DNA from: Eubacteriales bacterium
GTDB taxonomy: Bacteria > Bacillota > Clostridia > Christensenellales > JAWKQI01
DNA: 64,000 nucleotides
Direction: 5' to 3'
Assembly: GCA_041390245.1 (NCBI GenBank)
Contig: JAWKQI010000001.1
Span: 235,558-299,557, forward strand
Under the pieces are notes generated by a model. It was given only the letters and a program-made list of their open reading frames with translations, searched no databases and had not been told where the DNA came from. The translations under genes were made by a program, and so were the position numbers. Positions 8,766 through 18,057 of the stretch are shown piece after piece (positions within the stretch are counted from its first letter, which is position 1; each line of letters opens with the position of its first letter).

Positions 8766-9991
8766 CTATGAGTTAATGCCTGCCAAATAACCGGTTGAAA
8801 AAGCTATCTGGAGGTTGTATCCACCGGTGAGTGCATCTATATCTATAACCTCCCCGGCAAATAGGATGCCTTGTGCCAGTTTGCTTTTCATAGTAGAAGC
8901 ATCTATTTCTTTAGTGCTTACACCGCCGCGGGTTATTATCGCCTCTTTAATCGGCCTTGTCCCGTTTATATCAACCGTAAGACCTTTTATCGTTTTAACT
9001 AGATTTTTTCTATCAATTAATGTAATTTCATTTACTTTTTTATCCTTGTTTATACCGCTCTTGTTTAAAATAACAGGGATCAACCGCCTTATTATCAAAC
9101 TAAAGAGTGCATTTTCTATGTTCTTATTCTTATTTTCTTCAAAGTCCCTTAAAATCCTCTTGTTAAGCTTTATATCATCTAGCCCTGGTTTTAAATCTAT
9201 TATCGCCTTCATATTCAACGGTTTTGCAAAATTTATATAAGCACTTGCAGTTAAAACGAGGGGCCCTGACAAACCAAAATGAGTAAACAATACTTCTCCC
9301 AAGCCATTAAAAATGCTTTTCCCGTTTTGCGAAAGTGTAAACCCCACATTTTTTAAAGAAACTCCGCTTAAATCGCATATAAAACTCTCGGTACTCGTAA
9401 GTGGGATCAATGAAGGATACCTTTTGTAACCGTATGCCCTAATTTTTGAGCAAAAAAATACCCGTCGCCGGTCGAACCGGTTAAGGGGTAACTTTCTCCT
9501 CCGGTAGCTATTACAACGCTGTCAAACAAATGCTTATCGCCATTTGATATCACGTTTACATTGCCATTTTTATTCAAAGTGATATCATTTACTTTCGTAT
9601 TTAGCCATATATCTATTCCCCTGCCGTTTAATATCCTTTCAAAAGCCCTGTTAACGTCGTTTGATTTGTCTGAAACAGGGAAAATACGCCCGCCTCTCTC
9701 TTCCTTAAGAAAAAGACCATTTAATTCTAAAAGGTCTTTTAAATCACTGTTTTTAAAGGCATTAAACGCACTGTATAAAAACTTTGGGTTTCTCATTGTA
9801 TTTTCAATGAAACCGCCAACAGACGCAGAATTGGTTATATTACAGCGCCCTTTGCCCGTTATATAAAGTTTTTTACCTATCTTTTCGTTTTTTTCGATTA
9901 AAACGACATCCTTGCCAGATATAGAGGCCGAATATGCTGCCATTATTCCAGCAGGGCCTCCGCCAATAACGCAGACTTTCCTATTCGCCAT
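8766..9991 (-). pseudogene. NAD(P)/FAD-dependent oxidoreductase of the HI0933/YhiN (BaiN-like) family, frameshifted at 9422-9425
   Basis: The N-terminal fragment 9407..9991 has VCVIGGGPAGIMAA..GKGRCNITN and ends GHTVTKGILH*. The C-terminal fragment 8766..9410 continues the family (..PLTSTESFICDLSGVSLKNV.., ..ITRGGVSTKEID..). One extra A in the coding-strand AAAA run gives GHTVTKRYPSLIPLTS. Confidence 0.8.
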
Positions 9992-10867
9992 TCGTTTTAC
10001 CGCCTGGATTTTTTCCAGTATAGATGTCTTTTTCCGCCCAGATGCCTTCTAATTTATCAAAATACTTAGTTAACTCTTCTTTCCTAGATACCCCGACCAT
10101 AACAATTATGGCATTTAATATGCTCATAGGTGCTACCAGTGAATCTACAAACGAGTTCATATTGGATTTTACAAAAACCGTTGTATCGGCAAAAGAAACC
10201 AAAGGTGAATCTTCCGTATCTGTTATCGCTATCGTTTTTGCCCCATTCATCTTGGCAAAATGCATGCCCTCCATAGTTGTCTTTGAATATCTTGGAAAAC
10301 TTATGCCTATTATTAAATCCCTTTCATCAGCATACATAAGCGAACCGAATATATCACCATCAGCCGGCGAAGCCAATGTTACGTTTTCCAGTATGTGGTT
10401 TAAATAATAATGCAAGAACTGTGCTAGAGGCAAGCTGCTCCTGACCCCTATTACGTAGACGCGCCTTGCAGATAAAATGGCATCGCAGACCTTCTTTATT
10501 TCGTCTATGTTCATATCTTCGCTTAGTTTGCTTAAGCTTTTAAATCGGATTTCATTGCATTCTTAATGGTTATTTCCGGCAATTCCGGGTGCGCTAAGTA
10601 AAGGCGCTGGACCCATGTCAGCTTGCTCTTTAAAAGTTCCTGCAAAGAGCTTTGAAATTCCGGATACCCTTCAAACCCTTCGATACATGCAAACCGTACG
10701 ACTGTAGATTCACTAACTCCTACAACTTCGGCCAGTTTTGCCGCAGTCATATATGCTGCTTTATCGTAATTTTCTAATATATAAGCAGCAATCTGCTTAT
10801 TGCTTTTGCTCATGTCTCCTAGATCATAGTCTAGCTTTTTTAAAAGATCCATATTATCGTTTTTCAT
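9981..10867 (-). pseudogene. MurR/RpiR-family transcriptional regulator (HTH + SIS), frameshifted at 10538-10541
   Basis: Fragment 10532..10867 is the RpiR HTH domain (..IAAYILENYDKAAYMTAAKLAEVVGVSESTVVRF..). Fragment 9981..10514 is a SIS domain (..RRVYVIGVRSS..). One extra A in the AAAA run gives ..KSDLKSLSKLSEDMNIDEI. Confidence 0.8.
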
Positions 10868-10886
10868 TTGTCAATTCCCTCTAAAA

Positions 10887-11651
10887 TTATAATAAAACCT
10901 TGTCTGCAATCTCCTTTAAAGCACTAATCTGATCGTAATCCGTAACGTCACATTTCATTGGCATTATTACTATGTACCCTTCAAAAACTGTGCCAATGTC
11001 AACGCCCTCCTGAATTTCATGCTGCAGCTTACCGCCCAGCCAAAAATAATCGTATCCAGACGGGTGCTCTCTTTTTATAATCGGGTCTGAATATATGGCC
11101 TGGCCCTGCCTTACTATCTTTATCCCCTTTATCTCAGCGGCCGGGATATCTGGTATGTTTATATTGATAGCAGTACTTTTGGGTATCGAAGAATAATCAA
11201 GAAAAAGCAATTTGTTAAAGACGGCCGCCGCCTGGTCCAAATACCTCGTGTAATGCGATGTCACAGACAATGCAAAAGACCTTACAGAATGCATACAGCC
11301 TTCAAGTGCCCCTCCAACAGTCCCGGAATAAAAAACGTCTGTTCCGAGGTTTGCGCCTTGATTTATTCCCGAAATCACAATATCCGGTTTCTCAAACATC
11401 CCGCTTTCAACCGCTATCTTTACACAATCTGCCGGAGTACCGTTTAAAGTGTAACAATCACAATTATCAAGGCCTTTTAAAGAAACCTCATGGATTATTA
11501 AAGGCTTATGCATTGTAATCGAATGGGCACATGCGCTCTTTTGCCTATCTGGCGCAATCACCGTAACATGATGATCTTTAGACAGTACTTTTGCAATTTC
11601 AAAGATGCCGCTAGCATAAACACCATCGTCGTTTGTTATTAAAATCTTCAT
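10887..11651 (-). CDS. surE: 5'/3'-nucleotidase SurE
   Basis: 254 aa starting MKILITNDDGVYASGI, with GINQGANLG and SGTVGGA motifs. Confidence 0.9.
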   Translation of the reverse strand: MKILITNDDGVYASGIFEIAKVLSKDHHVTVIAPDRQKSACAHSITMHKPLIIHEVSLKGLDNCDCYTLNGTPADCVKIAVESGMFEKPDIVISGINQGANLGTDVFYSGTVGGALEGCMHSVRSFALSVTSHYTRYLDQAAAVFNKLLFLDYSSIPKSTAININIPDIPAAEIKGIKIVRQGQAIYSDPIIKREHPSGYDYFWLGGKLQHEIQEGVDIGTVFEGYIVIMPMKCDVTDYDQISALKEIADKVLL

Positions 11652-11675
11652 TTCAACACCTAATAAATTTTAAAA

Positions 11676-12380
11676 CTATTTATTTAATAAAATATTTATT
11701 TCTTTCTTAGTAAGATACCGCCATTCACCGGCAGCTAAATCGCCAAGCGTAAGAGAGCTAATACTTTCCCTTTTCAAGTATAATACTTTAAATCCCAGAA
11801 TCTCAAGCATTCTTCTTACCTGCCTGTTCCTGCCTTCGGAAATCGTGATTAGAATATAAGATGATTTAGGAGATGATTTTAATATTTCTGCCGAACATTT
11901 CGAAGTTAGTACCCCATCTAACCTTATCCCTTTTTCTATTTTTTCTTTGGCTTCCTTTGTAAATAATCCTTCTACAACCGCATAATATGTCTTTTTTACC
12001 TCATATTTGGGATGAATAAGTTTATGCGAAAAATCTCCGTCGTTGGTTATTATAAGCATACCTTCCGTGTCATAATCCAGCCTTCCAACAGGAAAAAGGC
12101 GGACTCCGTCGATATTTATTAAATCGAGAACCGTATTCCTGCCTTTATCGTCACTGCATGTACTTACATAACCTAACGGTTTGTTTAACATGATATAAAT
12201 TTTTTCTTCACTAAGTGTCACTCGCTCTTTCCCGCAAACGACAACATCTTTTCCTTCATCGACCTGCATGCCTTTTAAAGCTGTAATACCGTTTACCGTT
12301 ACCTTGCCTTCATCGATAAGCATGTCGCATTTTCTTCTGGATGCAACCCCCGCTTCAGCCAGAAATTTATTTAACCTCAA
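11676..12380 (-). CDS. rluB: rRNA pseudouridine synthase (RluB/RsuA family)
   Basis: N-terminal S4 domain (MRLNKFLAEAGVASRRKCD..) and catalytic GRLDYDTEG motif. Confidence 0.85.
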   Translation of the reverse strand: MRLNKFLAEAGVASRRKCDMLIDEGKVTVNGITALKGMQVDEGKDVVVCGKERVTLSEEKIYIMLNKPLGYVSTCSDDKGRNTVLDLINIDGVRLFPVGRLDYDTEGMLIITNDGDFSHKLIHPKYEVKKTYYAVVEGLFTKEAKEKIEKGIRLDGVLTSKCSAEILKSSPKSSYILITISEGRNRQVRRMLEILGFKVLYLKRESISSLTLGDLAAGEWRYLTKKEINILLNK

Positions 12381-12397
12381 TCCGTTTACCTCAGTAA

Positions 12398-13549
12398 TTA
12401 TTCATATATATGATTATACCATATATTGAGTATCTTTTCTAAATTATATTTAAACGTATTTTTAGGTATTGCCTCTTTTGCTGTTATCGGTATAATGCTT
12501 AAAACTTCGTCACCTAGTTTTATAGTTATCTCGCCTACTTTACGCCCCGCTTCAACCGGAGCATCAACGCTGTCTTCAAGTTGTATCTGTACGCTTATAT
12601 TGCCATATTCCTCATCGGTCAAAGGATATGTAATGTCTTCTCCGGCATACGCATTTATAACCTTTGAAGTGCCATTTTTGACATTTACCGTTCCTAAATA
12701 GTCATTTTTATTTATTATACTATATTGTTTATAGTTTTCAAACCCATAATCAAGCAAATCCCTGCAATCTTCCCACAGATCTCCGTCATTTAATACGACA
12801 GCAACCAGCCCCATGCCGTCTCTGCATGCTGCCGAAGTCAAACACTTGCCGGCAGACTTGGTATAACCTGTTTTGATACCTGTACACCCATCATACTGCC
12901 ACAAAAGCTTATTTTTATTTTTAAGTACCCTTAAATATTCGTGCCCTTCCCAGGATATCTCTTTATATTCCGTTGAAACTATGGTCCTGAAAGTCTCGTT
13001 TTGCATTGCATAGCTGCATATTAAAGCAAGATCATATGCCGTTGTATAATGATTATCGTCAGGCAGCCCGTTTGGATTTGCAAAGTTGGTGTTTAAAGCC
13101 CCTATTTCCTTTGCCTTATTGTTCATCATCTCAACAAATCCATCAACGCTACCGCCTATTTCTTCTGCTATGGCAACTGCTGCATCATTACCCGAAGAGA
13201 GCATAAGGCCGTATAGTAAGTCACCTAAAGTTATATGTTCACCTTGGGACAGCCAAATAGAAGACCCTTCTACTCCGCTGGCATTTTTACTTACAGTGAC
13301 AACTTTATCAAGATCGCCGTTTTCTATTGCCAAAATACAAGTCATGACTTTTGTAGTACTTGCCGGTGCCAGTTTTTCGTTTTCATTTTGGGCATATAAT
13401 ACCCTGTTTGTGCCTTGTTCCATTAAAACCGCAGCAGCACCATCCAATTCCAAATCTTGCGGTACAGCAGATGCAGATGGCAAAACAAAAGACATAGTAA
13501 ATAAAAAAGCAACTAAAAGCCAGATAATTTTTGTACTTCTCTTCTTCAT
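12398..13549 (-). CDS. D-alanyl-D-alanine carboxypeptidase (PBP5/DacB/DacF-like, S11)
   Basis: Signal peptide, SxxK (PASTTK), SxN (SSGNDA) and KTG (IKTGYT) motifs all present. It has the sporulation-gene neighbourhood (ytfJ upstream). Confidence 0.85.
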   Translation of the reverse strand: MKKRSTKIIWLLVAFLFTMSFVLPSASAVPQDLELDGAAAVLMEQGTNRVLYAQNENEKLAPASTTKVMTCILAIENGDLDKVVTVSKNASGVEGSSIWLSQGEHITLGDLLYGLMLSSGNDAAVAIAEEIGGSVDGFVEMMNNKAKEIGALNTNFANPNGLPDDNHYTTAYDLALICSYAMQNETFRTIVSTEYKEISWEGHEYLRVLKNKNKLLWQYDGCTGIKTGYTKSAGKCLTSAACRDGMGLVAVVLNDGDLWEDCRDLLDYGFENYKQYSIINKNDYLGTVNVKNGTSKVINAYAGEDITYPLTDEEYGNISVQIQLEDSVDAPVEAGRKVGEITIKLGDEVLSIIPITAKEAIPKNTFKYNLEKILNIWYNHIYE

Positions 13550-13572
13550 AAAACTATTTTCACCCTTAAATT

Positions 13573-14085
13573 CTAATCGTCGAAGTTATCTTTACGTTCT
13601 CTTCTACTATTCCTAATGTCTCCGGCATCATTCGCTAAATCATTTCTGTCATAATCCCTATTTCTGGCATGGCCTTCTTTATAGCTGCTTTTGCTATTAA
13701 CTCTGCTGTCACCCTCCATAAAAGCATTCTTTATTTCGCAGAGTATCTGAGGTACTATATCTACTATCTTCTCGTATAAATTTTTATGATCTAAAGACAA
13801 CAGTTTTATCGTATCTCCTCTTGTGACTAAAAATGCCGTTGGATGCAGGCTTACAGTAGCGCTTGCTCCGCCTGCGAATGGGAAAGACGAACCGTCTTCT
13901 TCCGCCGATCTGGCACTTTCGCCATATTCTCCACCACCGCTTAAAAAACCAAAGCAGACCCTTGATATAGGAATAATTGTACTTCCGTCCGGCGCTACAA
14001 CCGCTTCGCCAACGATTGTGTTAACGTCGATCATCTTTTTGATTTCGTCCATCGAGGTTTCTATTATGTGTTCTATAGGATGCAA
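13573..14085 (-). CDS. ytfJ: sporulation protein YtfJ / GerW family
   Basis: 170 aa with ..VNTIVGEAVVAPDGSTIIPISRVCFGFLSGGGEYG.. and ..FAGGASATVSLHPTAFLV.., typical of YtfJ/GerW, plus a charged C-terminal extension. Confidence 0.75.
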   Translation of the reverse strand: MHPIEHIIETSMDEIKKMIDVNTIVGEAVVAPDGSTIIPISRVCFGFLSGGGEYGESARSAEEDGSSFPFAGGASATVSLHPTAFLVTRGDTIKLLSLDHKNLYEKIVDIVPQILCEIKNAFMEGDSRVNSKSSYKEGHARNRDYDRNDLANDAGDIRNSRRERKDNFDD

Positions 14086-14091
14086 AATTTA

Positions 14092-14670
14092 TCACCGCCT
14101 TTTAATTAAATATTTGATATATGCAATAGTAATATGAGCTGCTTTTAGTTTAATTATGCAATTAAAATCCATATCCAAATATTTTTTTTGAAATTGCGGT
14201 AAAAATCGACAATTGTGAATTTCTATAGAAGTATATGTCGAAAAAACTCCTATAAGCACATTTAACAATATGCGTATAAATGAAATAACATTTACTGTTT
14301 TAGCTGCATCATCGTCTCCATAAACTATTTTCAGGCTTTTAATATAAAAGTGTGCATGACTAAATATATCTTTAATTAATTGGTTCCTGGCATTTCTTAC
14401 AGTGATTTTTTCATTTTTAATATTTTTTATATTCTCTATTAATTTTTTAAGGGTTAAAATAGTTCGTTTCTTTTTTTTTGTATATAGGTTTAATTTAAAA
14501 ATAACGTCTTCTTTTTCTAGCCTAACTGTCCACTTTAATCTAACGAAAAAAAGCGCCTTTACAATAACGTTTAAACCCTTTAGGTCCAAACTTATATATA
14601 TAAATACATTACTTAAAAGCGCTAAAACTATAATTAAAAAAACCGTAAACGCAATTATTATGAAGGCCAT
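14092..14670 (-). CDS. hypothetical membrane protein, probably the DUF2953 (YtfI-like) partner of ytfJ
   Basis: 192 aa, very AT-rich, with an N-terminal transmembrane helix. It sits immediately upstream of and co-oriented with ytfJ, as in the Bacillus ytfI-ytfJ arrangement. The family assignment is from memory, not a search. Confidence 0.45.
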   Translation of the reverse strand: MAFIIIAFTVFLIIVLALLSNVFIYISLDLKGLNVIVKALFFVRLKWTVRLEKEDVIFKLNLYTKKKKRTILTLKKLIENIKNIKNEKITVRNARNQLIKDIFSHAHFYIKSLKIVYGDDDAAKTVNVISFIRILLNVLIGVFSTYTSIEIHNCRFLPQFQKKYLDMDFNCIIKLKAAHITIAYIKYLIKRR

Positions 14671-14736
14671 AATATCATTTCCTTAAAAGTGCATTCACGA
14701 TTAATTATTGACAAAAATTTGAATTTAAATACCTTT

Positions 14737-15252
14737 TTATTCTGCTTCCTTTAACTTAGGAAGTTCTGATAAATCCTTCATGCCAAAATGCCTTAAGAAT
14801 TCCTCACTTGTAGAGTATAAATTTGGCCGGCCTAGCACATCTTTTTTGCCGGATACGAATATAAGGCCCCTGTCGATAAGTGCAGATACAGTATAATCGC
14901 ACCTTATTCCGCGGATAGCCTCTATCTCGCTTTTTGTGACCGGCTGTTTATATGCTATTATAGATAGAGTTTCTACCGCCGCTTGTGATAAAGTATACGT
15001 CTTTTTAGGCGACAAAAGCTCTTCCACATACTTAGAGTACATCCTGTTTGTACAAAACTGTATACCTTCGTCTATTTGCCGTATAAGCAATCCGCTTTGG
15101 CTATTCTCCCTTTCTTCAATCATTTCAAGGGCTATTTCTTCCATCTGCTCTTCGCTTAACTCAAACAGCCTGGCTAAGTCTGAAATCAAAACGGTATCGC
15201 CTGATACAAATAATATCGATTCAGTTATGTTTTTAATAATAGATTTATCCAT
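14737..15252 (-). CDS. scpB: segregation and condensation protein B
   Basis: 171 aa with ..ESILFVSGD.. and ..LSQAAVETLSIIAYKQPVTKSEIEAIRG... It overlaps the scpA stop. Confidence 0.9.
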   Translation of the reverse strand: MDKSIIKNITESILFVSGDTVLISDLARLFELSEEQMEEIALEMIEERENSQSGLLIRQIDEGIQFCTNRMYSKYVEELLSPKKTYTLSQAAVETLSIIAYKQPVTKSEIEAIRGIRCDYTVSALIDRGLIFVSGKKDVLGRPNLYSTSEEFLRHFGMKDLSELPKLKEAE

Positions 15253-15973
15253 TTAAGCTCTCCGGCATTGAAATTTCTATATCTTTAAAACTTTCAGTTT
15301 GTTTTATAGTTATCTCCTGTTTAAAGACTAAGTTTAACAAAGCTAAAAATGTTACCGCTATTTCAAGTTTCGAACTTGAATTATTAAATAACTCAGAAAA
15401 TGATACCCTGCCGCGAGTTTTAAACATACAAAGGATATTCCTCTCCTTTTCCCTGACACTGAATGTCTCTCGCGTAATCTTTACCTCCGGGTCACTTTGC
15501 TCCTCTTTGTCCGGCATATTAGCCAAAGCTATTATGAACGCCTGATATAAATCGTTTATACTAAGGCCGTTTAAGTTAAGTTCTGTATTTAAAAACAACT
15601 CATCTGCGTACTTATAATAAAATCCTAGGTTTTCGCCCTCCAGCAGCTTCATATGTTCTCCGGCTTCTTTAAATATCTTATACTGCCTGAGCCTTTCGAT
15701 TATCTCCTGTTCCGGGTCTATTTCCTCTTCTTCCTCCACTTTTAAGTTTGGAAGCAAGGACCGTGATTTTATATATATTAAATTAGCAGCCATGCGCATG
15801 AACTCGCTGGCACGTTCCATATCGATTTCATCCAACTGCTGCATATACGAAAGATATTGCTCGGTTATTTCCGATACAAAAATATCTTCTATCCGTATTT
15901 TTGCTGCACTTATCAGATGACACAATAAATCAAGCGGGCCTTCAAACTGAGATAGTTTAACTCTGTAGCTCAT
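15245..15973 (-). CDS. scpA: segregation and condensation protein A (kleisin)
   Basis: 242 aa starting ..KLSQFEGPLDLLCHLI.., the typical ScpA N-terminus. Confidence 0.9.
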   Translation of the reverse strand: MSYRVKLSQFEGPLDLLCHLISAAKIRIEDIFVSEITEQYLSYMQQLDEIDMERASEFMRMAANLIYIKSRSLLPNLKVEEEEEIDPEQEIIERLRQYKIFKEAGEHMKLLEGENLGFYYKYADELFLNTELNLNGLSINDLYQAFIIALANMPDKEEQSDPEVKITRETFSVREKERNILCMFKTRGRVSFSELFNNSSSKLEIAVTFLALLNLVFKQEITIKQTESFKDIEISMPESLNG

Positions 15974-16000
15974 AAGCGACCTTCTTTTAAAATTAATCTT

Positions 16001-16646
16001 TTAACCTAAAGATATACCTATACCAAAAATACTAAAAAACAGCTTTAATGAATTTATAACCAAATAAGAGAGCGGTGTATTTATCGCATTAGTAAACAAT
16101 AATACGAGCAATATCAAATATCCGTATCTTTCAAACATCATCCAAAACTTGGCGCTGAAAAAACCTTCCAAATATATCCTTGAATACATGAGATCCATCA
16201 AGTGGCGGAACGGGTATCAAGTTAAAGAAACATAACCCTAAATTGATCAAAATGGCATATAGTACCAAGTTCATAACGATCTCGTTTGTTACGCTAAATC
16301 CGACAAGCAAAACAGCGTAAAGGCCTGTTAACAAAAACGCAGTAATAAAATTTGCAACAACGCCGGCTAAGGAGACCAATATATCGTCACGAAGTGGTTT
16401 TCTAAAATTTCTTTTAGATACCATTACGGGGCGCGCCCACCCAAAGCCTACCAAAATAAGCATAAAAAACCCTATCGGGTCTATATGCTTTAATGGGTCC
16501 AAAGTCATCCTGCCCAAATTTTTTGCAGTTGGGTCTCCGGCCTTATATGCAACCCAAGCATGGGCGCATTCATGTATTGAAAGACCTATCAATATCCCCG
16601 GTATGCGGTATAGCATCTCCGTTATATCTAAACCACTAAATAACAT
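16001..16646 (-). pseudogene. site-2 protease family (M50) membrane metalloprotease, frameshifted at 16158-16163
   Basis: Fragment 16131..16646 has HECAHAW (HExxH) and NLIPVPPLDGSHV. Removing one T from the coding-strand T6 run joins ..DIFGRFF to SAKFWMMFERYGYLILLVLLF.. of fragment 16001..16201. Confidence 0.8.
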
Positions 16647-16661
16647 TAAAATTCCCTCGCT

Positions 16662-17975
16662 TTATTTAAGCCAATTCGATATTACATCAAGTTTCGTTAT
16701 GTCCTCATAAGTCTGCCTTTTAACCATATAATCAGACTTCCCGTCTTTAACCAATACGACAGCCGGAATAGGTAGCCTATTGTAATTACTCGCCATAGAA
16801 TAATTATATGCTCCGGTTGAGAATACGGCTATAATATCCCCTGCCTCAACTTTTGGCAAAAATGCATCTTTTATAAGGATATCGCTGGATTCACAAGTCC
16901 TTCCTGCTATCGATATCTTCTCCTCACTTTTTTCAGAAGCCTTGTTTGCGACAACTGCCGTATACTCAGCTTGATATAGTGCAGGGCGCGGATTATCTGC
17001 AAGACCCCCGTCTACATTTGCGTACTTTATTATACCTGGTATCTCTTTGACAGAGCCAACTTCATAAAGTGTTGTTCCCGCTTCGCCGACTATAGAACGC
17101 CCCGGTTCTATAACCATTTTTGGTATGTCAATGTTTTTGCCTTTACAGCTCTCAATCAGTTCTTCTACAATCGTTTCAACATACTGGTATGGATATAACG
17201 GCTCGTCTTCAGCTAGATAGTGTATCCCATATCCGCCGCCTAGGTTGGCTTCACTGACTTTGACACCCAATTTGTCTTTTACCTTAAGTATAAAATCCGT
17301 CATTACATCGACAGCCATTTTAAACGGTTCAAGCTCAAAAATCTGCGAACCTATATGGCAGTGTATCCCTGCAAATTCCAAATTCGTTGAATCCAATACC
17401 TGCCTTATTGCCAGTATAGCTTGTCCGTCTTTAATGCCAAGGCCAAACTTAGAATCATCTGTCCCTGTCTTTATATAATCGTGAGTGTGGGCTTCTATGC
17501 CCGGTTTAATTCTAACTTGTATATTTACCTTTTTCTTAAATCTGCCCGCTATCTTATCTATAAGATCGATTTCTTCAAAATTATCTGCAACAATCCTGCC
17601 GACGCCGTGTTCAACTGCCATTGCGATTTCTGATTTTGTCTTGTTATTGCCGTGAAAATAAACCTTCTCCATAGGAAATTTAGCTTTAACAGCTGTATAA
17701 AGCTCTCCCCCGGAGACGACATCTAACCCCAATCCTTCCTGGGCAGCTATTTTACACATACTTTTATTAGTGAATGCCTTGCTCGCATACGCGACTAAAG
17801 CATCTATTCCTTTTTCACGTATGACTTTATAGTAAGAACGGCAAGTTTCTCTTATTTTATTTTCATCCATTACAAAAAGAGGTGTTCCATACTCTTTTGC
17901 TAGCAAAACGGCATCACATCCGCCTAATACCAAATGTCCTTCATCGTTAATATTTAGCTCTCCCCAATAATCCAT
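16662..17975 (-). CDS. lysA: diaminopimelate decarboxylase
   Basis: 437 aa, PLP-dependent fold-III decarboxylase colinear with LysA (..YASKAF.., ..HCHIGSQ.., ..GGGYGI.., ..ESSD..). Confidence 0.9.
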   Translation of the reverse strand: MDYWGELNINDEGHLVLGGCDAVLLAKEYGTPLFVMDENKIRETCRSYYKVIREKGIDALVAYASKAFTNKSMCKIAAQEGLGLDVVSGGELYTAVKAKFPMEKVYFHGNNKTKSEIAMAVEHGVGRIVADNFEEIDLIDKIAGRFKKKVNIQVRIKPGIEAHTHDYIKTGTDDSKFGLGIKDGQAILAIRQVLDSTNLEFAGIHCHIGSQIFELEPFKMAVDVMTDFILKVKDKLGVKVSEANLGGGYGIHYLAEDEPLYPYQYVETIVEELIESCKGKNIDIPKMVIEPGRSIVGEAGTTLYEVGSVKEIPGIIKYANVDGGLADNPRPALYQAEYTAVVANKASEKSEEKISIAGRTCESSDILIKDAFLPKVEAGDIIAVFSTGAYNYSMASNYNRLPIPAVVLVKDGKSDYMVKRQTYEDITKLDVISNWLK

Positions 17976-18017
17976 TTAAAAAATACTCCCTAAACCTTCA
18001 AGTTGAAATTCAAAACC

Positions 18018-18047
18018 ATTGTAACACATTATTTTCGGGAGTGTCAA
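18018..18047 (-). promoter_or_regulatory. candidate sigma-A promoter of lysA
   Basis: TTGACA (18042-18047) - 18 nt - TACAAT (18018-18023) on the minus strand, ~40 nt upstream of the lysA ATG. The leader is too short for an L-box. Confidence 0.5.
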
Positions 18048-18057
18048 TTCGCTTAAA

